DNA of 64,000 nt, taken from the NCBI GenBank assembly GCA_048937405.1, contig JBHLNF010000004.1, forward strand, positions 192,001 to 256,000, written 5' to 3'. A program made the translations under genes and the position numbers. Each line of letters starts with the position of its first letter. The stretch's first letter is position 1. The notes under the pieces are model-generated. The model saw only the letters and a program-made list of their open reading frames with translations. It was not told the DNA's origin and did no database searches. Below are positions 1 through 9,616 of this stretch, one piece after another. This DNA comes from Promethearchaeota archaeon. Its GTDB lineage: Archaea; Asgardarchaeota; Lokiarchaeia; Sigyniarchaeales; SOKP01.

Positions 1-1
1 T

Positions 2-559
2 TTCGCAATTAGATTAGATAGAAAAGAACATCGTGATTTTATTAACAATATTTCCCTTATTACAATCCCTATACAATCTGATTTAAGGACGAATCAAGTT
101 CATAAAATCGCCCCAAAATCTCCTTTTTTTCCAGTATGGTTAGAACAAAGAAAAAAATTAGTATTTGAATTTTTTGAAGCTTTAAATGAACACGATTTAA
201 ATAGAATAGGAGAATTAGCAGAATATGATACTATGTGTTTACATTCAGTTACAATGACAGCACAAAATAAACACAATATCATTGCTTGGGAGCCTGATAC
301 ATTAAAAATCATGCAGAAGATCCAAGAATTACGAATGAATGATGGTTATAACGTCTATTATTCAATTGATACGGGCCCATCTTTAGTTTTATTAACTTTA
401 GAAAACGAAAAAAAAGAAATTATTAATGAATTAAAATCCTTTATTCCAAAATATGATTTTATAGAGGGGAAAATAGGAGGATCTCCTATGATAGTTAGTC
501 CAAAATCATTTGAAGCAAAAAAATTAAAATCAGATATAGAAAAGTTTAATAGAATTTAA
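2..559 (+). CDS. mvaD: (Di)phosphomevalonate decarboxylase family (MvaD/GHMP) protein, 5'-truncated by window edge
   Basis: Frame is open from base 2; GELAEYDTMCLHSVTMT and YYSIDTGPSLVLL match the MvaD C-terminal (D-x-G-P) region; directly upstream of HMG-CoA reductase. Confidence 0.75.
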   Translation, partial: FAIRLDRKEHRDFINNISLITIPIQSDLRTNQVHKIAPKSPFFPVWLEQRKKLVFEFFEALNEHDLNRIGELAEYDTMCLHSVTMTAQNKHNIIAWEPDTLKIMQKIQELRMNDGYNVYYSIDTGPSLVLLTLENEKKEIINELKSFIPKYDFIEGKIGGSPMIVSPKSFEAKKLKSDIEKFNRI

Positions 560-575
560 AAGAGTGGTTTAAATT

Positions 576-1856
576 ATGGAAGAATTCCATTCAGATATTT
601 CTGGTTTTTATAAATTATCATTTGAAGAACGTCAACAAACTATATCTAAATTAGTAAATCTTACTCAAGATGAAATTAACATTTTACAAAATTTAGGATA
701 TTTTACCTCAAGTCAAATTGATAATTTCATTGAAAATGTTATTGGGAGTTATCAATTACCATTTGGTTTAGCTTTCAACTTTAAAATAAATAATAAAGAT
801 TATATTATACCTATGGTTATTGAAGAACCTTCAGTTGTAGCAGCTGCATCAAATGCTGCTAAATTTGCTAGAAAATGTGGAGGTTTTCATTCAGAAGAGG
901 TGAAATCTATAATGATTTCACAAATTCAGATTACTCAATTACGTGAAATCAATATTGCAAAGAAAAATATTATTGATCATAAGGATCAAATTTTAAAAAT
1001 TGCTAATGAACAAGATCCATTTCTGAATGAATTAGGTGGGGGTGCAATTGATCTTGAAATTAGAGAATTGGAGACTCGTAAGGGGAAAATGTTGATTTTG
1101 CATTTATTAGTTGATGTATTAGATGCCATGGGTGCTAATGTTGTAAATACAATGGCAGAGGCAATTAGTCCTTATATTGAAGAACTTGTTGATGGAAAAA
1201 TTTATCTACGGATAGTTTCTAACCTTGCTTCACACAGAATAGCAAAAAGCAAGGCTATATTTGATAAGGATTTATTAGGTGGAGAACAAGTTGTTGAGGG
1301 TATAATGAACGCATTTGAATTTGCTGCTGCAGATCCATTTAGAGCAACAACACACAATAAAGGAATTATGAACGGAATTGTAGCATTAACGTTAGCCACT
1401 GGAAATGATACACGTGCTATTGAAGCAGGAGCACATGCATATGCGTCATTGAAGGGAAAGTATTCACCATTAACTAACTTTCGAGTTGATTCAGATGGTA
1501 ATTTAGTTGGAGAGATAGAAATTCCACTAGCACTTGGTATCATTGGAGGGATGACGAAGATTCACCCGATGGCACAATTGGCATTGAAAATTTTAAATGC
1601 TAAAAGTGCTAACGAACTCTCTCAAGTTGGTGCGGCTCTCGGATTAGCACAAAATGTTGCGGCATTAAGAGCACTTGCAGCAGAAGGTATCCAAAAAGGA
1701 CATATGAACCTTCATTCTCGAAATATAGCTAAAGCAGCAGGTGTGCCTGATGAGTTAATAGAGCTAGTTGCTAAGAAAATGGTGGAAGAAAGAAAAATCA
1801 GAATTGATTATGCAAAAGAAATTTTAAAAAAAATAAATGAGGGTAAAAACCTTTAG
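576..1856 (+). CDS. mvaA: Hydroxymethylglutaryl-CoA reductase, class II
   Basis: ENVIG, EEPSVVAAAS, DAMGAN, THNKGIMNG, GIQKGHMNLH motifs. Confidence 0.95.
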   Translation: MEEFHSDISGFYKLSFEERQQTISKLVNLTQDEINILQNLGYFTSSQIDNFIENVIGSYQLPFGLAFNFKINNKDYIIPMVIEEPSVVAAASNAAKFARKCGGFHSEEVKSIMISQIQITQLREINIAKKNIIDHKDQILKIANEQDPFLNELGGGAIDLEIRELETRKGKMLILHLLVDVLDAMGANVVNTMAEAISPYIEELVDGKIYLRIVSNLASHRIAKSKAIFDKDLLGGEQVVEGIMNAFEFAAADPFRATTHNKGIMNGIVALTLATGNDTRAIEAGAHAYASLKGKYSPLTNFRVDSDGNLVGEIEIPLALGIIGGMTKIHPMAQLALKILNAKSANELSQVGAALGLAQNVAALRALAAEGIQKGHMNLHSRNIAKAAGVPDELIELVAKKMVEERKIRIDYAKEILKKINEGKNL

Positions 1857-1946
1857 TTTTATATTAAGTGGTTCTGTAACTCCTCTAAGAAAAACTACAA
1901 ATGTTATTCAAATGTTTGAGATAAATATTAAAGGAAGATAAATATT

Positions 1947-3248
1947 ATGGGATTTAGAGAATATATCGATAAAATTGATAAGAATGGATTACTCAAAAAG
2001 GTAGATATTGAAGTTTCAAAAAGATTGGAAATAGCTGGGATCTTAAAAGAGATGGAACCAACTCCAATACTATTTAATAATATTAAAGAATCTGAATATC
2101 GTGTTGTTGGCAATGTATTTTGTACTAAAGATGTAATTGCCTCTTATTTTGGTGTGACTCCCGCAGATCTTATACCAATGCTATCGAAAGCTATTAATAA
2201 TTATTTAGAACCAGAAATAATATCTGATGCACCATGTCAGGAAATTATTGAGTCTAATGTGGATTTAGATAAACTTCCTATCTTATTTCATTGTGAGCGG
2301 GATGGCGGAAATTACATTAGTTCTGCTGTAGTAGTTACAAGAGATCCAGATTATGGTCAAAACTTAGATTTTCATAGAGCAATGCAATTTTCAAAAGATA
2401 AATTTGCCACTCGAATAGTGAAGGGACGTCATTTTTCCAAATTTTTAGAAAAAAATGGAGAATTAGATACTGCCTTTTGCATAGGAAACACTCCCAATAT
2501 TTTAATTGCTGGAGCAACTTCCGTAGACATTGGTGTTAATGAATTACATATTGCTAATGCTCTAGAGCCAATCAAAGTAGTAAAAGCAAACTCAGTTGAC
2601 CTATTAATACCTGCTGAATCAGAATTTGTATTAGAGGGACGTGTATATTTGGAAGAGAGACATTCAGAAGGTCCGTTTGTCGATCTTACTGAGACTTATG
2701 ATGTAATACGAGAAGAACCTATTTTTGAAATAAAAAGAATTACTCATAGAAAAGATGCGATTTGGCAGGCGCTCCTCCCAGGTGCTCTTGAACATAAAAT
2801 CTTAATGGGAATGCCTAGAGAACCCACTATTTTTAATAAAGTAAATGAACAGGGGGTTAAATGTTTAGACGTAAACATTAGTCCAGGTGGATCTTCTTGG
2901 CTTCATGCTATAGTACAAATTGATAAGAAATCAGAAGAGGATGGAAAAAAAGCTATAGAAGGCACTTTTACGGGTCATACTAGCTGTAAGCACGCTTTTA
3001 TTGTTGATAAAGACATTAATATATATGATCCCTTATCTGTCGAATGGGCGATGGCAACTCGTTTTCAAGGAGATACAAGAATGATAATTAAAGATAAAGA
3101 ACCTGGGAGTAGTTTAGATCCTAGCGCCGAACCAGGAACAAAAATGACAACGAAAATAGGGTTTGATTTAACCAAACCACTTGTAGTAAAAGGAAAGAGT
3201 TTTGAGATTGCTGAATTTCCAAAAGTAGATATTAAAAAATATTTTTAA
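1947..3248 (+). CDS. UbiD-family prFMN decarboxylase, probably trans-anhydromevalonate 5-phosphate decarboxylase
   Basis: EGPFVDLTETYD, VEWAMATRFQ, GSSLDPS, KIGFDLTKP motifs; context with AcnX subunits and ubiX. Confidence 0.88.
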   Translation: MGFREYIDKIDKNGLLKKVDIEVSKRLEIAGILKEMEPTPILFNNIKESEYRVVGNVFCTKDVIASYFGVTPADLIPMLSKAINNYLEPEIISDAPCQEIIESNVDLDKLPILFHCERDGGNYISSAVVVTRDPDYGQNLDFHRAMQFSKDKFATRIVKGRHFSKFLEKNGELDTAFCIGNTPNILIAGATSVDIGVNELHIANALEPIKVVKANSVDLLIPAESEFVLEGRVYLEERHSEGPFVDLTETYDVIREEPIFEIKRITHRKDAIWQALLPGALEHKILMGMPREPTIFNKVNEQGVKCLDVNISPGGSSWLHAIVQIDKKSEEDGKKAIEGTFTGHTSCKHAFIVDKDINIYDPLSVEWAMATRFQGDTRMIIKDKEPGSSLDPSAEPGTKMTTKIGFDLTKPLVVKGKSFEIAEFPKVDIKKYF

Positions 3249-3249
3249 A

Positions 3250-4458
3250 ATGAGGAAAGAAAAAATGAAATTAACTTCAGAAGAACAAAACATATTAGAT
3301 GGTAAATTTGGAAAAGCTGCCAAAAAGTCAATGGAAATATTAGTAACATTAGGAGACATATTCGATGCTGAATCAATGGTTGATGTATTTGGCGTTCAAA
3401 TAGCAGGAGTTTCATATGCAAATCTAGATGAGGCAGGTTTGGAATTTTTAAGTGAAATGGCTGAAGATGGCAAGGTTCGAGTCCTAACTACTTTAAATCC
3501 TGCTGGAATGGATCGAGAGAATTGGCAGGCTTTAGGTATTTCTGAAGAATTTGCTAAAAATCAAAATCGAGCTATTGATGCATTTGCTAAAATGGGTATA
3601 ATTACTACTTGTTCTTGTACACCTTACTTAATTGGTAATACTCCACACTATGGTCAACATCTTGCGTGGGCTGAAAGTAGTGCCGTATGTTATGCTAATT
3701 CAGTAATTGGTGCACGAACCAACCGTGAAGGAGGTCCAAGCGCTTTAGCATCAGCTATTACAGGAAAAACTCCTAGATATGGTTATCATTTAGATGAAAA
3801 TCGTCATGGGGAAGTTTTATTTGAAGTTAATGCTAAAGTTAAAGGAACAGATGAATTTGGTGTTTTAGGAAAAATAATTGGGGATAAATTGGTAGAATTA
3901 GGAAAGAAAATTCCTTATATAGAAGGTATTCCTGAAGCGACAGTTGAGGAACTCAAATCGTTTTGTGCTTCTGTTGCAACATATGGCGGAACTGCTTTAT
4001 TCCATATGGAGGGAGTTACGCCAGAGTATAATGATTATCCTAAACCGACTGATATCACATTTGAAATCAACCAAAACGACCTAGATAAAACACGCTTAGA
4101 ACTTATTGATGATGATCTTGAGATAGATTTTGTAAGTATAGGATGTCCACATGCTTCAATTCACGAAATTGAAAGAATTGCCAGGCTATTAAAAGGAAAG
4201 AAAGTGAAAAAAGAATTTTGGATTACTACTGCCCGTCCTACAAAAAGAATCGCTGATGAAGCTGGTTATTCAAAAATAATTGAAGAAGCAGGAGCGAAAT
4301 TTGCAGCAGATACATGTTGTGTTGTTGCTCCAATTAAGGGTCGGTTTAAAGGAATAATGGTAGATTCAGCGAAAGCTTGTTATTATGGGCGCGCAAAAAA
4401 CCAATTTAAAGTAAAAATAGGATCAATTGAGGAATGTATTGAGGAGGCAATAAAATGA
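3250..4458 (+). CDS. Aconitase X catalytic subunit, probably phosphomevalonate dehydratase large subunit (start may be ATG 3265)
   Basis: TTLNPAG, CSCTPY, WAESSAV..ANSVIGARTNREGG, IGCPH, DTCCVV, DSAK motifs. Confidence 0.9.
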   Translation: MRKEKMKLTSEEQNILDGKFGKAAKKSMEILVTLGDIFDAESMVDVFGVQIAGVSYANLDEAGLEFLSEMAEDGKVRVLTTLNPAGMDRENWQALGISEEFAKNQNRAIDAFAKMGIITTCSCTPYLIGNTPHYGQHLAWAESSAVCYANSVIGARTNREGGPSALASAITGKTPRYGYHLDENRHGEVLFEVNAKVKGTDEFGVLGKIIGDKLVELGKKIPYIEGIPEATVEELKSFCASVATYGGTALFHMEGVTPEYNDYPKPTDITFEINQNDLDKTRLELIDDDLEIDFVSIGCPHASIHEIERIARLLKGKKVKKEFWITTARPTKRIADEAGYSKIIEEAGAKFAADTCCVVAPIKGRFKGIMVDSAKACYYGRAKNQFKVKIGSIEECIEEAIK

Positions 4459-4847
4459 AGTTAAAAGGAAGAAAAATCTATAAAGGAACTGTTGAAGCAG
4501 AGGCGATTGTCACCAAAGATGGAATTTCTTTTTATGGAGGGGTAGATCCCGATACAGGAAAAGTAGTGGAAGTTGGACATGAGCTAGAAGGGCAATCAAT
4601 AACAGGAAAAGTTTTGGTTTTTCCAACAGGGAAAGGATCAACAGTAGGATCATATACTATGTATCGGATGAAAAAAAATAATACAGCTCCCGCAGCAATT
4701 ATAAATAAACAAATTGATACAATTATAGCAGTAGGTTGTATTATTAGTGAAATTCCTTGTGTCGATAAAATTAATATAGATGAGATAAAGACTGGTCAAA
4801 AACTAATTGTTAATGGAACAGAAGGAACAATAGAATTAATCGATTAA
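4455..4847 (+). CDS. Aconitase X swivel subunit (DUF126), phosphomevalonate dehydratase small subunit
   Basis: SFYGGVDPDTG and GKGSTVGS motifs; ATGA overlap with the large subunit. Confidence 0.9.
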   Translation: MKLKGRKIYKGTVEAEAIVTKDGISFYGGVDPDTGKVVEVGHELEGQSITGKVLVFPTGKGSTVGSYTMYRMKKNNTAPAAIINKQIDTIIAVGCIISEIPCVDKINIDEIKTGQKLIVNGTEGTIELID

Positions 4848-5167
4848 TTTAATATACATTCTAATTAAATCATTAGCAATAAGCCACTCAGATATTACGT
4901 TCTACACATCTTAAGTTTATAGATATTAAATATCCTCAAAATTAAATATAATTTTAGATTCCATTGAAAATACTGAAAACACAAATCTTATAAAACTGTA
5001 AATGATACTTACATAACAATTGAGAGTTTTTTATAATCCCACTCTAAAATGTTTTATTTCTTCTCCTACTTTTTAAATAAAGTAAAATTTGATCAAATTA
5101 AGTTATTTAAATAATTTTGAATATTTTCAAATTTTAATAAATCAAACGACTTTAATTGGTGAAAAAA

Positions 5168-6134
5168 TTGGGTATTGGAAAAGGATATGGAAAGACCATA
5201 CTTTTTGGCGAAATTTAATTCTTAATTCAAGAATAAACGCAATCATTTTGTAGTTTATGGTCTTCCTGCGATAGCATCAGCATTAGGCTCTTATACAACG
5301 GCAGAAGTTAATATAGTTAAAGGTAATGGTTGGACAGTTGATGATCAAAGAATAGCAACACCGGGTTACAAAAAACAGAAATATAGTGAGGCTATAGGGT
5401 CAATTAAAAATGTTATTGAATTTTTAAAAATTGATACTACTAATCAAAAACTTGAAATAACATTTTCAGGCGATCTAATTGCCGCAAGTGGAGTAGGTGC
5501 ATCAGCAGCTCAAAGTACATCACTTTCCCGCGCAATAAATGATGCATTTAATCTTAATTTAAATGATGAGAAGATTAATGAAGCGGCTTATGAAGGAGAG
5601 AAAGCTTATCATGGTACACCATCTGGAATTGACAATACAGCTTCAACTTATGGAGGTTTAATTTGGTTTGTTAAGAATTTAACTGGAGGAAAAAATACTA
5701 TGGAACTATTGCAATCACCAAAGAAGATGCCCTTGGTAATTTTAAATACAGGAATAACAGCCTCTACAACAGAAGTAGTAACTGATGTTAGACGCTTAAA
5801 AGAGGAATCTCCTAAAAAGTATGAAAAAATCTTTAATCAATATGAAAATCTAGCTATAAAAGCGAAAAATGCTTTACTTGAGGGAGATATTGTCAAGATA
5901 GGTGAATTAATGAATCAAAATCATAAAATGTTACAAGACATAACAGTTTCTGGAGAAATTAATGATAAACTTGTCGAAATCGCACTTCAAAATGGAGCAC
6001 TAGGTGCTAAAATGACTGGAACGGGAAGAGGGGGATTAGTAATTGCTTTAGTAGAAACTGAAAATATACAAGAAAAAATTGCGGAAGCTGTTGAAAAAGA
6101 AGGATACAATGCCTGGAAAACCATGATAGGATGA
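5168..6134 (+). CDS. mvk: Mevalonate kinase, two exons join(5168..5212,5244..6134), 311 aa after removal of a 31-nt intron
   Basis: GGTGA SD at 5158-5162, TTG start, exon 1 MGIGKGYGKTILFGE; exon 2 HFVVYGLPAIA...SGVGASAA...HGTPSGIDN...KMTGTGRGG is open and in frame with the 5700..6134 ORF of the track. Confidence 0.9.
5213..5243 (+). other. Candidate archaeal BHB-type intron in mvk pre-mRNA (31 nt)
   Basis: ATTTAATTCTTAATTCAAGAATAAACGCAAT interrupts GE|H; hairpin ATTCTT/AAGAAT plus TTT/AAA; central helix GGCG/CGCA (3 of 4 pairs); bulges AA^A and AT^C; exon-exon helix AAGACCATA(5192-5200)/TATGGTCTT(5256-5264). Confidence 0.8.
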
Positions 6135-6147
6135 GTATGAGGAAAAA

Positions 6148-8040
6148 TTGAAAAAGAACAATGAAATAATTCTGCTTAAATTAGGTGGAAGTTTACTAAC
6201 TGATAAGAATAAGCCATTTTCACTTAGAGAAGAAATTTTAGAAAAATGTCTCAATCAGATAATTGACAGTAAGAAATCAATAATTTTGATTCATGGTGGC
6301 GGGTCATTTGGTCACCCTCTTGCTAAAAAATATAAAATTTCGCAGGGTTTGAATAAGTCTATTGAAAACCAAATAATAGGGCTTTCAAAAACTCATGATG
6401 CCATGAATCAATTAAATTCCGTTATTATAAAAAAATTTCTTGAAAAGGAATATCCTGCAATTTCAATCCAACCTTCAAGCATTTTTATGCAAGGTTTTAA
6501 TGAAATTAATATTAAATCAATAGAACCTATTGAAAAATTGCTTGATCTTGGAGTAATACCCGTCCTTTATGGAGATATTCTTCTCAGTCAAGATTATTCT
6601 TTTTCAATTTTATCTGGAGATTACATTATTTTGAAATTATGTGAGAATATTCAAAATTTTAATATTTCAAAAGTAATATTTGCGATTGAGGAAGATGGAA
6701 TATTTATTAATGAGAATGGTAATAAAAAATTAGCTTTAAAATTGACACTTAGCGATTTATCTACTATAAAATTAGCGAAATTAGGACAAAAGATTGATGT
6801 AACAGGGGGAATAAGAGGAAAATTAAAACAAATTGAAGAAATCTTAAAATTAAATATACCTGTTCAAATTATTAATGGTATCAAAAATAAAAATATATTG
6901 AAAGCATTAACAAACCAATATATCGAATGTACGAATATTGAAATATCATCAAATAAATTAGCTGAAAGTCAAATATATAATAGAAAAATTGAACATATTA
7001 AGATACCTTTAGAACACAACGTTCAACATGCAATTAATTATTTTGATGATATTACTTTAATTCATCATCCTCTCCCAGAATTTGAATTAGAGGAGACTAA
7101 TATATCTGTAGATTTCTTTAAAAAACAAATATCTGCTCCAATTTGTATTTCAGCAATCACCGGTGGTCATCAGATTTCTAAAGCTATCAACAATATTTTA
7201 GCAAATGCTGCCAAAACAGAAAATATAGTACTGGGAGTCGGTAGTCAGAGAATAGGATTAGAAGATCCTTCCACAATTGAATCATTCAGCGTAATCCGCG
7301 ATGTAGCACCCAATATTCCTGTAATAGGAAATTTAGGGATAGGGCAAGTATGTGATCCCAATTTTGATATTGATAATTTCAATAAATGCATTGATATGAT
7401 TGAAGCGGATGCTATGGCCATACACTTTAATGCTTTACATGAACTTGTTCAAAAAGAAGGCAACATTTCCTTTAAAAATTTTGAAGAAAGATTCAAAGAA
7501 ATCAGAAAAAAAATAAGTATTCCAATTATAGCTAAAGAAGTTGGATCAGGATTTAATAAAGAATTAGCTATAAAGCTTGATTTATTGGGATTTGATGGAT
7601 TTGATGTTGGCGGAGCAGGTGGTACAAGTTTTGCGGCAATTGAGTCGATACGAGATGATTATAGCTTTGAAGTATTTACTAGAAAGATTGCAGATACTTT
7701 TCGTGAATGGGGAATTCCTACTCCTGTAAGTATATCAAATGTAAGAGACGTATCTAAGAAATTAATAATTGCAACGGGAGGGTTACGGTCTGGAGTTGAT
7801 ATCGCCAAATCAATTGTGTTAGGTGCTGATATTGGAGGTTTTGCCTATAAGTTCTTAAAGACGGCATGGCAAGATTATAAAAATAATTCTTTCATTCACA
7901 CAATTAAAGAAATCAAAACTCTAAAACATGAATTAAGATCCTCTATGTGGTTGATGAATGTTAAGAATATTAACAGTCTCAGTTGTAATAGTGATAAAAG
8001 AATCTTGGTTGGTAAATTATATCAGTGGTTAAATCAATGA
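6148..8040 (+). CDS. fni: Fusion of isopentenyl phosphate kinase (N-term) and type 2 isopentenyl-diphosphate isomerase (C-term)
   Basis: KLGGSLLTDK, HGGGSFGH, SGD, DVTGG (IPK); RKIEHI, AITGG, GSQR, KEVGSG, GAGGTSFAAIE, WGIPT, ATGGLR (IDI-2). Confidence 0.92.
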   Translation: MKKNNEIILLKLGGSLLTDKNKPFSLREEILEKCLNQIIDSKKSIILIHGGGSFGHPLAKKYKISQGLNKSIENQIIGLSKTHDAMNQLNSVIIKKFLEKEYPAISIQPSSIFMQGFNEINIKSIEPIEKLLDLGVIPVLYGDILLSQDYSFSILSGDYIILKLCENIQNFNISKVIFAIEEDGIFINENGNKKLALKLTLSDLSTIKLAKLGQKIDVTGGIRGKLKQIEEILKLNIPVQIINGIKNKNILKALTNQYIECTNIEISSNKLAESQIYNRKIEHIKIPLEHNVQHAINYFDDITLIHHPLPEFELEETNISVDFFKKQISAPICISAITGGHQISKAINNILANAAKTENIVLGVGSQRIGLEDPSTIESFSVIRDVAPNIPVIGNLGIGQVCDPNFDIDNFNKCIDMIEADAMAIHFNALHELVQKEGNISFKNFEERFKEIRKKISIPIIAKEVGSGFNKELAIKLDLLGFDGFDVGGAGGTSFAAIESIRDDYSFEVFTRKIADTFREWGIPTPVSISNVRDVSKKLIIATGGLRSGVDIAKSIVLGADIGGFAYKFLKTAWQDYKNNSFIHTIKEIKTLKHELRSSMWLMNVKNINSLSCNSDKRILVGKLYQWLNQ

Positions 8041-8065
8041 TTATTTAATATAATCTCCTCATTCT

Positions 8066-8286
8066 TTAATATTTCTCATCATAAATCTTATTTGATAGAT
8101 AACAACCTCGATTATTCTCTTCTCCAAAAATGCATCTATGTTTAATGTCATTCTTTTTTTTTGAATATTTCATATAACCCCCACATTGTCCTTTTGTTAA
8201 ACTAATTTTTTTTTATTGTTCCGTTCCCTGACTTCTTCACATAGCTAGAAGGTTATTTCTACGGGGATTGGCTTTTTTGAGGTCAT
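8066..8286 (-). pseudogene. Degraded small Cys-containing protein gene
   Basis: MTSKKPIPVEITF*LCEEVRERN.. then a frameshift in an A9 run to ..QCGGYMKYSK..RCIFGEENNRGCYLSNKIYDEKY*. Confidence 0.5.
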
Positions 8287-8324
8287 ATTTTAAAGTTAGA
8301 CTTGAACTAATACTAGGATATTTA

Positions 8325-8720
8325 TTATGCAGATTTTGAAGATTTTTCTTCTAAAAAATCTTGAATTTCATTTACAAAATTAGAAAATCTTCCTATTTGC
8401 CCTTTAAAGTTCTTTATCTCTTCACCATAAAGATTAATAAATTTATCTGATACTTTTTTTAATTCTTTATTTACTTTTTTCTGCTTGTATTTATTTGAGG
8501 ATATTGCTACAAATATTAAATCATGTTGCTTAATAATGGTAAACCTTGAATTTTGTAATTCGAAATTGGACATACCTCCTTCAGCCAATTCTTCAGAAAA
8601 CATATTCAAGGCACTCATCATTGCCCCAAAAAGTTGGGGAGATACTGCTTTATCAAATTCCCGATGAAAAATTACAATACCAGATTTCTCAACAATCCAA
8701 ATATCTTGAAGTATTTTCAA
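8325..8720 (-). CDS. Stand-alone longin/roadblock-like domain protein
   Basis: IWIVEKSGIVIFHREF...QLFGAMMSALNMFSEEL pattern typical of Asgard longin-like proteins; GAGGA SD before TTG. Confidence 0.75.
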   Translation of the reverse strand: MKILQDIWIVEKSGIVIFHREFDKAVSPQLFGAMMSALNMFSEELAEGGMSNFELQNSRFTIIKQHDLIFVAISSNKYKQKKVNKELKKVSDKFINLYGEEIKNFKGQIGRFSNFVNEIQDFLEEKSSKSA

Positions 8721-8887
8721 TTAGATTCCTCTTTAAAGAGCTTTAAAACTAATTTTTTTATTGATTTATTAATATTTATACAATTAAATTTTTGGTTACT
8801 CTTTTCTCTGAAATATTTATATTAATATTTAGATTTTAATGTTTTTAAGCTTACAGTCATGTGATCTAGTCATTAAATTGAACAATA

Positions 8888-9436
8888 TTATGAATTTTCC
8901 CACCTCTTAATATTACTCTCAAGGCCAATCTGATCCAAAATTCTCCCAATTGTAAACTCAATAAGTTCATCTATATTTTTTGGTTTGGTATAATATGAAG
9001 GAATTGGAGGAAATATTACAACACCTAATTTTGCTAATTTATACATATTTTTCAAATGAATTGGACTGAAGGGTGTCTCTCTTACGACAAGAATAAGTTT
9101 CCTTTTTTCTTTTATTGCTACATCTGCAGCTCTAGTGATTAGATTATTTGCATAACCATTCGCAATTGCAGAGAGAGATTTCATTGAACAGGGAATTATA
9201 ATCATCGAATCTAATATATAAGATCCACTTGCGGGAGGTGCTAATAAATCATTTACATCATAATTCTTATCAGCTAATTTACGGATCTCTGATATATTAT
9301 AATCTGTTTCAATGGAAACAATCTTTTCAGCATTTTCTGAAATAATTAACTCTGTTTTAATATTCTTTTGTTTAAGTATTTCCAGAAATTTAATTGCCAA
9401 ATGAATTCCAGTGGCACCAGTGACCGCAACTAACAT
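8888..9436 (-). CDS. ubiX: Flavin prenyltransferase UbiX
   Basis: VTGATG, ASGS, PCSMKSL, RAADV..KEKR, VRETP motifs. Confidence 0.93.
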   Translation of the reverse strand: MLVAVTGATGIHLAIKFLEILKQKNIKTELIISENAEKIVSIETDYNISEIRKLADKNYDVNDLLAPPASGSYILDSMIIIPCSMKSLSAIANGYANNLITRAADVAIKEKRKLILVVRETPFSPIHLKNMYKLAKLGVVIFPPIPSYYTKPKNIDELIEFTIGRILDQIGLESNIKRWENS

Positions 9437-9616
9437 TTTTCAAGTTCTTATTATTTTTAAATAAACATCAATTTTATTTAATCAATTATGATTTCTAGTT
9501 CTTATTCTTTTTTGAAATGATAGATAAAAGAAAAGCACTTTTGATTAGTGTTAATTATATTAGATAATCATCAAATCCCATAAAAAAAAATATGAGATAA
9601 TAATTTAAATTAATAA

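Noticed and set aside
1202-1543. Short antisense or overlapping ORFs in the track (e.g. 100..312, 1202..1543, 35720..35932, 39831..41354 set, 55135..55431, 61211..61436)
   Set aside because: They lie opposite well-supported genes and show no motifs of their own
5213-5243. mvk break as a spliceosomal GT-AG intron, programmed frameshift or simple sequencing indel
   Set aside because: The insert does not have GT...AG ends; stops at 5216 (exon-1 frame) and 5223 (exon-2 frame) block a single slip; 31 extra structured bases are not a homopolymer-type error
5700-6134. Stand-alone 144-aa GHMP C-terminal protein from the ORF track
   Set aside because: It is the 3' part of mvk; the frame is open back to 5226 and contains the kinase N-terminal motifs
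8066-8286. In-frame TAG as pyrrolysine or stop-codon readthrough
   Set aside because: The same ORF also has a frameshift in an A-run, and no pyl genes are visible; decay is simpler
9434-9443. Possible frameshifted upstream TTG start of ubiX (TTG-AAAA-ATG)
   Set aside because: The ATG-started ORF already contains the first conserved strand and all motifs; no evidence for recoding
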